Shown here piece by piece: positions 21,402 through 30,670 of a stretch of 64,000 bases of DNA. Every line of letters starts with the position of its first letter. The first letter of the stretch is position 1. The notes beneath the pieces were generated by a model that was not told where the DNA came from, did no database searches, and worked only from the letters and a program-made list of their open reading frames with translations. Source of the DNA: Thermodesulfobacteriota bacterium (GTDB lineage: Bacteria; Desulfobacterota; Desulfobulbia; Desulfobulbales; SURF-16); NCBI GenBank assembly GCA_039715015.1, contig JBDLIE010000002.1, forward strand, positions 32,001-96,000, given 5' to 3'. Made by a program: the position numbers and the translations under genes.

Positions 21402-23081
21402 ATGAGTTTGCCATCAAAAAATAATATAGGCACCATCCTACTGGTTGATGATGAACCGGAAATTCTTGAGCTTCTTCAACGCCAGCTTGAAGTAAGAAAT
21501 TTCTCCATCTTCACTGCCCAATCAGGTAATGAAGCCCAGGTCATACTGCAGGACAACAGTATTGATATACTAGTTACGGATGTCCGAATGCCTGGGATGG
21601 ACGGCATTAGCCTTCTGGAAAAGGCTTTGGAGAAGCAACCTGATCTTCAGTCAGTGGTTATAACCGGCCATGGCGACCTCGATACAGCCCTACGCGCCAT
21701 GCGCTTGGGTGCCTATAATTTCCTCTTAAAACCAGTTGGCGTTTCAGAACTGGAAATCACCTTAAAAAACTGTCTGGAGAAAATTTACCTCAAAAGAAAA
21801 ATAACCCTTCAACAGGAAGCGTTGCAAAAAGCCCATGATGAGCTTGAGGTCCGCGTAGCGCAGAGAACCAAAGAGCTTACCCACGTTAATCGATCACTCT
21901 CGGCGGAGATTGATCTTAATGCCCGGGTCTTTGAGGATTTACAGAAGAAAGATCAACAGCTTCGCCATTCTCAGAAAATGGAGGCCTTAGGGTCGCTGGC
22001 CGGCGGCATTGCCCATGACTTCAATAATCTGCTCATGGGTATCCAGGGTCACGTTTCCCTGCTCATATCCCATTACGATTCCTCTAAGCCGGAATTTTCC
22101 CATCTCGTGAGCGTAGAAAACCTCGTGGAGAGCGGTGGGCGCCTTACCCGCCAACTCCTTGGTTATGCCAGGCAAGGCCAATACGATGTCCAGCTTCTTA
22201 ATTTACATGACCTCATCCATGCCCTTATGGAGACCTTTTCAAGGACGCGTAAAGAAATTTCTGTTCATAGCGACCTGACAGCAGAGACTCTCATCATTAA
22301 TGCTGACCAAGGCCAGATTGAACAGGTTCTCTTCAACCTCTTTATTAATGCTGCTGATGCCATGCCTGACGGCGGTAGCCTTACCATAACGAGTAAACGT
22401 GTTCCTTACAAAAACATTAAAGACAAACTGGTTGAGGGCATTCGGGGCGACTACATACATCTGGCAGTTACAGATACAGGAACTGGAATACCTGATGACA
22501 TCAAGCTTCAGATCTTTGAACCCTTTTTCACCACCAAAGATATCTCCCGTGGCACGGGTCTGGGCCTGGCCTCTACATACGGCATTGTTGCTGCCTATGG
22601 TGGACATATTGAGTTAGATTCCACCATGGGTGAAGGTTCGACATTCCATATCTACCTCCCTGCCTCGGCGGAGAGCCCTGCCGTATCTGGCCGGACCTCG
22701 GCGCTCAGCAGTCAAACACCGGAAGGAACCATCTTGCTGGTCGATGACGATGAGTCCATCCGGGAAACTGCTCAGGAGCTTCTTGAGGCAAGGGGATTCC
22801 AGGTGATAACGGCGGAAGATGGTTATTATGCCGTGGAGATTTATCGAGAAAAAGGAGAGCAGATCAGTCTTGTTGTTCTTGATATGATCATGCCCCGGAT
22901 GGGAGGGAGTGAGACCTTCGATAAATTGCGCGAGATGGATCCAGACATCAAGGTGCTGCTCTCTACCGGCTACAGTATTGAAGGGCAAGCCAATGAAATT
23001 GTCAGCCGAGGCTGCGCCGGTTTTATCCAAAAGCCCTTTAACATGGCTGATCTCACCAAGAAAGTTATGGAGATCATTTAG
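21402..23081 (+). CDS. Cytoplasmic hybrid kinase REC-HisKA-HATPase-REC
   Basis: LLVDDE..DVRMPG, AHDFNN, GTGLGL, and a second receiver LLVDDD..DMIMP. Confidence 0.93.
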   Translation: MSLPSKNNIGTILLVDDEPEILELLQRQLEVRNFSIFTAQSGNEAQVILQDNSIDILVTDVRMPGMDGISLLEKALEKQPDLQSVVITGHGDLDTALRAMRLGAYNFLLKPVGVSELEITLKNCLEKIYLKRKITLQQEALQKAHDELEVRVAQRTKELTHVNRSLSAEIDLNARVFEDLQKKDQQLRHSQKMEALGSLAGGIAHDFNNLLMGIQGHVSLLISHYDSSKPEFSHLVSVENLVESGGRLTRQLLGYARQGQYDVQLLNLHDLIHALMETFSRTRKEISVHSDLTAETLIINADQGQIEQVLFNLFINAADAMPDGGSLTITSKRVPYKNIKDKLVEGIRGDYIHLAVTDTGTGIPDDIKLQIFEPFFTTKDISRGTGLGLASTYGIVAAYGGHIELDSTMGEGSTFHIYLPASAESPAVSGRTSALSSQTPEGTILLVDDDESIRETAQELLEARGFQVITAEDGYYAVEIYREKGEQISLVVLDMIMPRMGGSETFDKLREMDPDIKVLLSTGYSIEGQANEIVSRGCAGFIQKPFNMADLTKKVMEII

Positions 23082-23108
23082 TTTAGCGAGAAATTAGAAT
23101 CTTACTTT

Positions 23109-23807
23109 TCAGTTGGACGCTGTTCTCGCTTTTTTCACGGCTGCCATGATCTTTTTCACTGTAATGGGGAAAAGGCCAAGAATAATAAAAGAAACCAGCA
23201 GCCCCGGGGAAAGAATCCCTGCCAACGAATCAATCTGACCAAGCTCTTTACCGGCGTTGACATAGACAATGGTGCCCGGCAACATACCGAGCTGCGAAAT
23301 CCAATAAAATTTCCAAAGAGAGAGCCTGGTCACTCCCATTACCAAGTTAATAACAAAAAAGGGAAAGACAGGGACAAGACGCAGGCTGAAAAGGTAAAAA
23401 CCTCCCTCTTCGGCAATGCCCTTGTTAATGGCCTCAAGACGATCTCCAAATCGGCTTTGAACCCAGTCCTGCAGAATAAAACGGGCCACGAAACAGGCTA
23501 CAGTTGCCCCTATTGTCGAAGCAAAAGAGACAATCACAGAGCCGGCAGTCACTCCAAACAGGGCTCCACCGGCTAAGGTCATGATGGCCGCCCCCGGCAG
23601 GGAGAGAGCGGTGACCATAATATAGATTGCCATATAAGTGGCAACGACAAGAAAGGTCTTTTCAGCATAAAGTTCCTGAAACCGGGCCTGGGAGCCCTTA
23701 ATATATTCCAGGCTGAGATACTGCCCCAGGTCGAAATAAAAAAAGAGGCCCACTGCCACAGCTCCAGCAGCGACCACAATCAGTTTTTTTGCTATTTCCG
23801 GTTTCAT
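23109..23807 (-). CDS. TVP38/TMEM64 (VTT/DedA) family membrane protein
   Basis: LSLPGA..LAGGALFG, LRLVPVFPF and SQLGMLPGT motifs. Confidence 0.88.
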   Translation of the reverse strand: MKPEIAKKLIVVAAGAVAVGLFFYFDLGQYLSLEYIKGSQARFQELYAEKTFLVVATYMAIYIMVTALSLPGAAIMTLAGGALFGVTAGSVIVSFASTIGATVACFVARFILQDWVQSRFGDRLEAINKGIAEEGGFYLFSLRLVPVFPFFVINLVMGVTRLSLWKFYWISQLGMLPGTIVYVNAGKELGQIDSLAGILSPGLLVSFIILGLFPITVKKIMAAVKKARTASN

Positions 23808-24799
23808 ATTAAAAAAATTCTCCGTCCCGCCGCATAGGCACCAAGTAAGGCGGTGCGGGGATGGTTGATTATATTAATAGAGAAGGACTCGACCAAAGAA
23901 CTCATTTGGCCGCGATCAACAAAACGGTCAACAAAACGCTGAGAATCCATGAGAGGGGCAACGTGTAAAAGCATACCTCCCCCTAGGTAAATACCACCTT
24001 CAGGTAACAAGGTGACCGCAAGATTGCCGCAAAACTCGGCCAGTAAATCAAAAAATATTTCATAGGTCCGGGTGCTGATTGGGCAATCAATCCCTTTATT
24101 GACAACCCGGGCCGATAATATCGCCCCAAGATGGTGCGAACTTTCCAGCTGGGTCTCCAGCTCATCAGAAACAGCCATTCCGCTCTTCTGCAGGAAGGAA
24201 AAAATATTCCCTAGTCCTGTTCCAGAACAGACCATCTCAACAGAGACATGTCCATACTGATCATGCAGGAAAGAGTATAGTTTGCTCTCAACTTCGTTAC
24301 GTGGGGCAAAACTGAGGTGTCCTGCTTCAGTGGCCTGCACAGGGAAACCTGTTTTGCCGCTGGCTCCGAATGCTGCCCCCAGCCCCGTACCAGGAGCCAC
24401 TGCCAACCGGGTCCCAAGGGGCAGAATATTTCCTTGTTTGACTAATGCCAAATCGTCGCTATCAAGAAGGCCTACTCCCTCAGCGAGGGCAGCCAAGTCA
24501 TTCAGCAACAAAACGCCCTTGAGGCTGAAATTCTTCTTCAGGGCTGTTGCTTCTGTCTGCCATGGCAGATTGGTAAAAGAAACTTGTTGGTCTTGAACCG
24601 GACCAGCAACTGCCAGACTAAGAAAATCAACCTGACCATCAAAATAGTCGAGGCAGGCGCTTACTGCGGCCACACAGGAATCATAGTCCTTGCTTGCAAA
24701 GACGCCTTCGACCACTGGTGAGAAAACAGGGTCAGCGGTATCAATAACGGCAAAGTCAATTTTTGTCCCGCCTATATCAGCAACAAGAAGTTTTGACAT
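23804..24799 (-). CDS. glk: Glucokinase
   Basis: ADIGGT, AGPV, LLND, PGTGLG and TEAGH motifs. Confidence 0.88.
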   Translation of the reverse strand: MSKLLVADIGGTKIDFAVIDTADPVFSPVVEGVFASKDYDSCVAAVSACLDYFDGQVDFLSLAVAGPVQDQQVSFTNLPWQTEATALKKNFSLKGVLLLNDLAALAEGVGLLDSDDLALVKQGNILPLGTRLAVAPGTGLGAAFGASGKTGFPVQATEAGHLSFAPRNEVESKLYSFLHDQYGHVSVEMVCSGTGLGNIFSFLQKSGMAVSDELETQLESSHHLGAILSARVVNKGIDCPISTRTYEIFFDLLAEFCGNLAVTLLPEGGIYLGGGMLLHVAPLMDSQRFVDRFVDRGQMSSLVESFSINIINHPRTALLGAYAAGRRIFLI

Positions 24800-24859
24800 T
24801 GAGAGTACGCAAATCCCTGGACTGCCCCGCCCAGCGGCAGGGTGGACGGGGTTAACGAA

Positions 24860-25267
24860 TTATATTTCTTCCACCGGGAACTTGGCCTTGAACCACTGAC
24901 GCCAGCCCCCCTGCAAAGCATAAACATTTGTATAACCTGCATTTAAAAGCTTCTGCGCCAAACTGGCGCTGGTAAACTCATTAGCTCAGGCGCAGTAGAG
25001 AACCAGGGTCGTCTCCTTGGCATAAGAAGAAGCCCATTGAAGGATTTCCCCTTCACGCCGCACGGCTCCCTTAATCTTGAACCCGCTGGACTTCCAATCT
25101 CGGCCGGCACGAACATCAACCACAACAAGGTTGTCTTTCCCTAATTTATCCCGAAGTTCTTCCTTGCTCATTCGTTTAACATTTTGACCAAAGGCAAGGG
25201 TTGTCGCCAGACAGAAAAATAGAGCCGACACAACTATCAAAGCACGGCTCATCCGTTGACACATCAT
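24860..25267 (-). CDS. Exported rhodanese-domain selenoprotein (in-frame UGA at 24986-24988, YCA-U)
   Basis: The frame continues past TGA as ANEFTSASLAQKLLNAGYTNVYALQGGWRQWFKAKFPVEEI to a TAA, completing the rhodanese fold. Signal peptide; RBS AAGGAGG; hairpin downstream of the UGA. Confidence 0.85.
24955..24969 (-). promoter_or_regulatory. Candidate bacterial SECIS hairpin
   Basis: mRNA GCGCCA-GUU-UGGCGC, stem starting 16 nt after the UGA, G first in the loop. Confidence 0.65.
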
Positions 25268-25691
25268 TGTCATCCTCCTTGGATTAGTACTTGTTCACGT
25301 CTAATGATTAAACTGAGAGTCCCGTGGACAGGACCATCATAGCAAAACTTTTTAAAAAGACTAAGGGCTCCGAGTCAGTCCAGTCGAGGGTCATGGCAGC
25401 CATGATCAAAATGCTTCCAGCAAAAAGATGGGGCCATTTTCGTCCAACTGTAGCCCGAGCCACCGCAAAATGGCTAAGGCTGCAGGGTAAGGATGTGAAA
25501 AGTTACAACCAGAACAATACTCAAAAGAAAAAGCCAATCAACCATGGCCATGCCATTACCCAGCAAGACCTCAGTCTCAGACGAGACAAGGAGCGTCATC
25601 AACAGGGGTGTAGGTGCACGATGGCTTGTCATGGGACCTTTTTTCGTATCAGGTCAATTTTGAGACGCCCTGAGAAATTGCCTTGACCACC

Positions 25692-26201
25692 TTAATATTT
25701 TCTCTCCAAAGGCCAATATTTCTCTGTGGGCCCTAAGCGTTCAAACAACCTGTCGGGCCATCCCAGACAATAAAAGGCTTCTGCATGTCCTTCCATTGCT
25801 GTTACGCTTTTTTCCCAGTCATTGCCGGCATTACGCTTCTCACAGTGGATCAGATTACCATCTATATGACCTCGTATAAGGGCACGTTTTGCATCATACT
25901 GATGGGAGCAACAGCCGCCCCCAACAACTGTTTGACCGACAAAACTGTTGCCATCTTGGATAATTGAAACGGCTTCGGCATAACCAAGCCATACCTCCCA
26001 GTGCCCGTTGAGATCATAAACAACCTTCTCCTCACCCGTGTTGGGATCCATATAAACCGTAGTATTAGGGTCACTTTGGGTGGGATAGTAATCAGGTGTC
26101 AAATCAGTGCGATTCGGCGGGGAATTTAAAGAAACACAACCCGTGAGCAGGAACAGGGTCATTAAGACTGTTGGGTAAAGAGGATGCAAAAATAATTTCA
26201 T
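25692..26201 (-). CDS. Hypothetical lipoprotein
   Basis: Lipobox LTGC after a hydrophobic stretch; RBS AAGGAG. Confidence 0.7.
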   Translation of the reverse strand: MKLFLHPLYPTVLMTLFLLTGCVSLNSPPNRTDLTPDYYPTQSDPNTTVYMDPNTGEEKVVYDLNGHWEVWLGYAEAVSIIQDGNSFVGQTVVGGGCCSHQYDAKRALIRGHIDGNLIHCEKRNAGNDWEKSVTAMEGHAEAFYCLGWPDRLFERLGPTEKYWPLERKY

Positions 26202-26211
26202 AGAGAACTCC

Positions 26212-26706
26212 TTAATCCGATCCCTCTACCAGCCTGTCTAAAATCAGGCCATAAAAGGAAGATTTACCAGCTGCTTCATAAAACCAGCCCAAATGTGTCT
26301 TGCAGGAACGACAAAGGGCAAAACACCAAGCATGGGGAGGAAACCAACTGTATTTCTCCGTGGCCCTGCCCTGCCGAGCACAACCAGGAGCCAAGGAAAA
26401 ACAACCTATCTCAAAAACAATGCCCTCCGGATTAGGAAATGAGTGGTAGTGTTTAGCCAGCACCCTGACGCGTTCCTCTTTGCTGGTCACCGGTTCATTG
26501 CACTGCCTGCAATATAAAATTTCTGCTCCGCCATTGGCATATTCTTTGTCCTTGCCTTCCACCACCGGAGCCTGTCCTTGATCATATTCACGAAAAAAAC
26601 AGGGCTGAGTGGCTGGCAACCAGAACTTACCATGTCTACCGCTCATCATCATGGCTGGTTTAAAAAACCTTAAAATAGTGAGAAGATTCTGAAGGAAATA
26701 TTCCAA
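26212..26706 (-). CDS. Cereblon-family (CULT domain) protein; true start probably downstream of 26706
   Basis: CRQC and CRSC zinc pairs, NPEG.VF, SWFPPHAW and HLGWFY. Confidence 0.85.
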   Translation of the reverse strand: MEYFLQNLLTILRFFKPAMMMSGRHGKFWLPATQPCFFREYDQGQAPVVEGKDKEYANGGAEILYCRQCNEPVTSKEERVRVLAKHYHSFPNPEGIVFEIGCFSLAPGCARQGRATEKYSWFPPHAWCFALCRSCKTHLGWFYEAAGKSSFYGLILDRLVEGSD

Positions 26707-26726
26707 AAAAAATCACAGGAGGTATT

Positions 26727-26933
26727 TCAGCCAATGAACGCCGGTCTCTCTGTATCGCCGGTATAATAACAAAAACGGCTCCAGATGAACTCCCTGCCGC
26801 TCATGGGACAACGCAAGGTTATATTCTTTTCGTCAATGGCGACAACCCGCCAGTCCCCTTTACGCTTACCGCCATCGATATAGATCATTTCGCCCACGGT
26901 AAACTCGTAGGGTGAAAACCGCCGTACCTTCAT
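26727..26933 (-). CDS. Small hypothetical protein
   Basis: ATG at 26933 preceded by AAGGAGG; 68 aa, beta-rich. Confidence 0.65.
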   Translation of the reverse strand: MKVRRFSPYEFTVGEMIYIDGGKRKGDWRVVAIDEKNITLRCPMSGREFIWSRFCYYTGDTERPAFIG

Positions 26934-27058
26934 GGGGACCTCCTTGTATGTTAAGGGCAATTATCAAATAACCCCTTAATTCCATTGACAGAATGAAAGA
27001 TTGCTCATTACCATGGTTAGTAATCTTTATATCATACTGGCAAAAAAGGAGAAATTCT

Positions 27059-27400
27059 ATGAGTATTGACTGGGCCTATATGCGCAAGGGATGAGTTTCC
27101 TGCAAAAAAGCTTGGGGGGCTCTCAAGCAAAGCAAGACAAGTATCAGTGAAGAAGTAGATGCCAAGAAAGAAACCCTGGCAGGTGAAGCGGTCTGGAAGG
27201 CCGTAAAAGACGCTAAACTGATCTATGTTGCCAGTGGCAAGAAAACACTGAAATTTTCCCCAAGCACGGATAGTAAAGATGAAATCATGAAGAAAATAGT
27301 GGGGCGCACCGGCAATCTGCGCGCACCAACACTTCGTTGCGGAGCCACATTTTTCATCGGCTACAACAGCGACCTATACCAGCAGTTTACCGACTCATAG
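27059..27400 (+). CDS. ArsC/Spx-fold selenoprotein with UxxC (in-frame UGA at 27092-27094)
   Basis: MSIDWAYMRKG-U-VSCKKA...GRTGNLRAPTLR..FFIGYN, 113 aa to TAG. RBS AAGGAG; absent from the ORF track. Confidence 0.85.
27110..27128 (+). promoter_or_regulatory. Candidate bacterial SECIS hairpin
   Basis: GCUUGGGG-GGC-UCUCAAGC, stem starting 15 nt after the UGA, G-initiated loop. Confidence 0.65.
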
Positions 27401-27502
27401 AAAATACACCTGAAGACAGCAGCGCAAAGCCTCTTTTAGCATTTTATACCTCTGCCTGAAACGCTGTCTTTTTCCTCTCCATCACAAACATCTTATCAAA
27501 AC

Positions 27503-29026
27503 ATGCTAGCAAAAATTCATACCATAGCCCTGTGCGGGGTTGACGGTCTTGCCGTGGAAGTCGAGGTGGATATCGCCAATGGCCTCCCCACCTTTTCAAC
27601 TGTAGGGCTTGCTGAAGGCGCTGTACGGGAAAGCAAAGATCGAGTCAAGGCTGCCATCAAAAATAGCGGCTACAATTTCCCTAACCGTCGTATCACGGTA
27701 AACCTTGCCCCGGCCGATGTCAAAAAGGCCGGCACCAGTTATGACCTGCCCATTGCCATAGGCATCTTGGCCTCAAATGATTGCTTCAATCAGGACAAGC
27801 TTGGCTCCATGGCCCTTGCCGGGGAACTTTCACTAGATGGTCAGCTACGTGCAGTTCAAGGAATCCTGCCCATGGTTACAGCGGCTCGGGAACAGGGTAA
27901 AAAAGCTATTCTGGTGCCTAAAGCCAATTGCCAGGAGGCTGCTATGGTTGCAGGCATTGATGTCTATGGCCTTGGTTCCCTTGATCAGGCCGTTGAATTT
28001 CTTGCTGACCGCCTTGAACTTACTACAAGCGAGGCAGACCGTGCTCCCGGCGCCACTCTAGCAAACGATCTTGATTTTCTCGATGTCAAAGGTCAGGATC
28101 ACGTCAAACGGGCCATGGAGGTTGCTGCGGCAGGCAGCCATAATATCCTTCTTAACGGCAGTCCAGGCAGTGGCAAAACCATGCTTGCCAAACGCTTTGC
28201 CACCATCTTGCCCGATCCTACTTTTGAGGAGTCCCTTGAGACAACTAAGGTGTATTCAATCATGGGCCTCCTTGCGCCTGATCAGGGCTTGGTAACCCAA
28301 CGCCCCTTCAGAGCACCCCACCATACAATATCTGATGCAGGCCTCATCGGTGGCGGTAATCAGCCACGGCCCGGCGAGGTTTCCTTAGCCCATAACGGGG
28401 TGCTCTTCTTGGATGAATTTCCTGAGTACAAGAAACATGTCCTTGAAGTGCTGCGTCAACCCATGGAGGATGGTTCTGTGACCATCTCCCGGGCATCAAG
28501 CTCTCTTCAATTTCCGGCCCGTTTCATGCTGGTGGCGGCGATGAACCCCTGTCCTTGTGGCCACCTAGGTGATCATCTGCACGGCTGCAACTGCACCCCC
28601 CTCCAGATTAAACGTTATAACGACAAACTTTCCGGCCCACTTCTTGACCGTATTGACATCCACCTTGAGGTGCCGGCAGTACCGTTTAAGGAGATGACCC
28701 ATGGTCTTGAGGGAGAAAGCTCGGCAACCATCAGAACAAGGGTAATTGCTGCCCGAGCTCGCCAGACCGCGCGTTTCCATAGACATAAAAGGACCTATGC
28801 TAATAGTCAGATGTCCAGCCGCGATCTGAAAAAATATTGTGAACTTAACCAGCCAAGCCTTAGTCTATTAGAACAAGGAATGGAGCGTCTTGGTCTTTCG
28901 GCTCGCGCCTACAACCGTATTTTAAAGATATCCCGCACCATTGCCGACCTCGCCGACAAAGATCAGATTAGCCCGGGCCATATTGCCGAGGCTCTTCAAT
29001 ATCGGCGTATTGACCGGAGAACTTAA
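27503..29026 (+). CDS. comM: YifB/ComM Mg-chelatase-like AAA+ ATPase
   Basis: RITVNLAPAD, GSPGSGKT, PFRAPHH, LFLDE, NPCPCG and SGPLLDRID motifs. Confidence 0.93.
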   Translation: MLAKIHTIALCGVDGLAVEVEVDIANGLPTFSTVGLAEGAVRESKDRVKAAIKNSGYNFPNRRITVNLAPADVKKAGTSYDLPIAIGILASNDCFNQDKLGSMALAGELSLDGQLRAVQGILPMVTAAREQGKKAILVPKANCQEAAMVAGIDVYGLGSLDQAVEFLADRLELTTSEADRAPGATLANDLDFLDVKGQDHVKRAMEVAAAGSHNILLNGSPGSGKTMLAKRFATILPDPTFEESLETTKVYSIMGLLAPDQGLVTQRPFRAPHHTISDAGLIGGGNQPRPGEVSLAHNGVLFLDEFPEYKKHVLEVLRQPMEDGSVTISRASSSLQFPARFMLVAAMNPCPCGHLGDHLHGCNCTPLQIKRYNDKLSGPLLDRIDIHLEVPAVPFKEMTHGLEGESSATIRTRVIAARARQTARFHRHKRTYANSQMSSRDLKKYCELNQPSLSLLEQGMERLGLSARAYNRILKISRTIADLADKDQISPGHIAEALQYRRIDRRT

Positions 29027-29045
29027 CACCTAGAGGATACCACCA

Positions 29046-29861
29046 ATGGCATCTTCCATACGCCCCCCTCGCTGGGCGGGCAGCTTCTACCCAGGTAATC
29101 CCGACAGCCTGCGTTCTCAAATTCAAGATCTCCACACACAGGCTGTGGCTGACAAGATCGACCTTGGAAATGATAAGCTCCGTGCCCTTGTTCTGCCCCA
29201 TGCCGGCTATATTTATTCCGGCTTCACTGCAGCACATGGCACAATCCAGTTACAAGAGCACCAGTTCCAAACCGTCTTCCTGCTTGGCCCGGCACACCAT
29301 GTGGGCGTAGTCGGCTCTGCTGTAAGTTCTGTTACGAGCTATCGCACCCCCCTGGGAGATATCCCCCTCTCTGCCATGGGAGAGAGGCTGCAAGAAAGTC
29401 ATCCCGACCTTTTTCAGGAAAACCTCTCTTCGGAACAAGCCGAACATTCCCTTGAGGTTATCCTTCCTTTTCTCCAAGAATCCTTAGGTGATTTCAGCCT
29501 CATGCCGCTGGTGGTCGGCCAGACCGACACCGAGAAAACTGCCCAGGCTCTTGCCCCTTTGCTCACCGAAGATGCCTTGGTGGTTATTTCAAGTGATCTT
29601 TCCCATTTCCTCGACTATGACGTTGCCGTAAAAAAGGATAAAGAGACCCTGGACGCCATCCTTGCTATGGATATGGCTTCCCTGCTTTATAACGATAACA
29701 AGGCCTGTGGCATGGTGGGCATCCAGATCCTCCTGGGCCTGGCCCGGTTAAAAAACTGGCAGCCCCGGCTTCTTCATTACAGCAATAGCGGCGATACATC
29801 TGGTGACCGCAGCAGGGTGGTGGGCTATGGTGCCATTGCCTTTACGGAGAACGTACAATGA
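29046..29861 (+). CDS. amrB: AmmeMemoRadiSam system protein B (MEMO1 family)
   Basis: AGSFYP, PHAGY, GPAHH, EHSLE, SSDLSH and RVVGY motifs. Confidence 0.9.
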   Translation: MASSIRPPRWAGSFYPGNPDSLRSQIQDLHTQAVADKIDLGNDKLRALVLPHAGYIYSGFTAAHGTIQLQEHQFQTVFLLGPAHHVGVVGSAVSSVTSYRTPLGDIPLSAMGERLQESHPDLFQENLSSEQAEHSLEVILPFLQESLGDFSLMPLVVGQTDTEKTAQALAPLLTEDALVVISSDLSHFLDYDVAVKKDKETLDAILAMDMASLLYNDNKACGMVGIQILLGLARLKNWQPRLLHYSNSGDTSGDRSRVVGYGAIAFTENVQ

Positions 29862-30436
29862 GTGAGCTATCAGACCAACAAGGCGCAATACTTGTCAGGC
29901 TGGCCAGAGAAACTCTCATCAGCCTGCTGGGAGAAACGCATGAAGATACGTTTGACCAAAAGGTGTTGACTGATCCTATCTTCCAAGAAAAACGAGGCAT
30001 CTTTGTTACCTTGAAAAAAGGAGGCCAGTTAAGGGGTTGCATCGGTTCTCTCACCGCCTGCCAAACTCTTACTGAGGGTATTCGCAATCAGGCGGAAAAT
30101 GCTGCTTTCTACGACACGCGTTTTAACAGAGTGCAACGCCATGAACTTGCTGATATTAATCTAGAAATTTCCATCCTCAGCGAACCACAACCTCTTTTTT
30201 TTAGCGATCCGGAAGATCTGATCTGCAAACTAAGACCACATGTCGATGGGGTTATCCTCACCTGCGCCACATGCCACTCTACCTTTCTCCCCCAAGTCTG
30301 GGAACAGCTTCCTGATGTTGAAGATTTTCTCGCCCACCTATCCATGAAAGCTGGTCTCCCCAGGGAAGGCTGGAAAAATGACGGGGTTGAAATCGCCACC
30401 TACCAGGTCCAGCATTTTGATGAGCAAACATCGTAA
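29858..30436 (+). CDS. amrA: AmmeMemoRadiSam system protein A (AMMECR1 family)
   Basis: FVTL..LRGCIG, D.RF, EISILS, TFLPQV and KAG motifs. Confidence 0.9.
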   Translation: MSELSDQQGAILVRLARETLISLLGETHEDTFDQKVLTDPIFQEKRGIFVTLKKGGQLRGCIGSLTACQTLTEGIRNQAENAAFYDTRFNRVQRHELADINLEISILSEPQPLFFSDPEDLICKLRPHVDGVILTCATCHSTFLPQVWEQLPDVEDFLAHLSMKAGLPREGWKNDGVEIATYQVQHFDEQTS

Positions 30437-30670
30437 ATATCGAACTCACCAAGAATTCTCAGCGGCATCCATTTAAAAACTTCTCTCACCGACGAAAACA
30501 ATTCACCAAAGAACTCTTAAGAGGCCGGACTTCATCTTGTGGTATCAAGGCGAACAACACTCTTCTGCGAAAATCACAACCCACCGAGCGCTTTCTTGAC
30601 AGGGCAGCCATTTTCTCCCTAAACTATTACCAATGCCCTTTACTCATCCCTTTTTTTCGGAGTTCTTTTC

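Noticed and set aside
25324..25686. 120-aa plus-strand ORF
   Set aside because: No RBS or motif and opposite to all neighbours; probably spurious.
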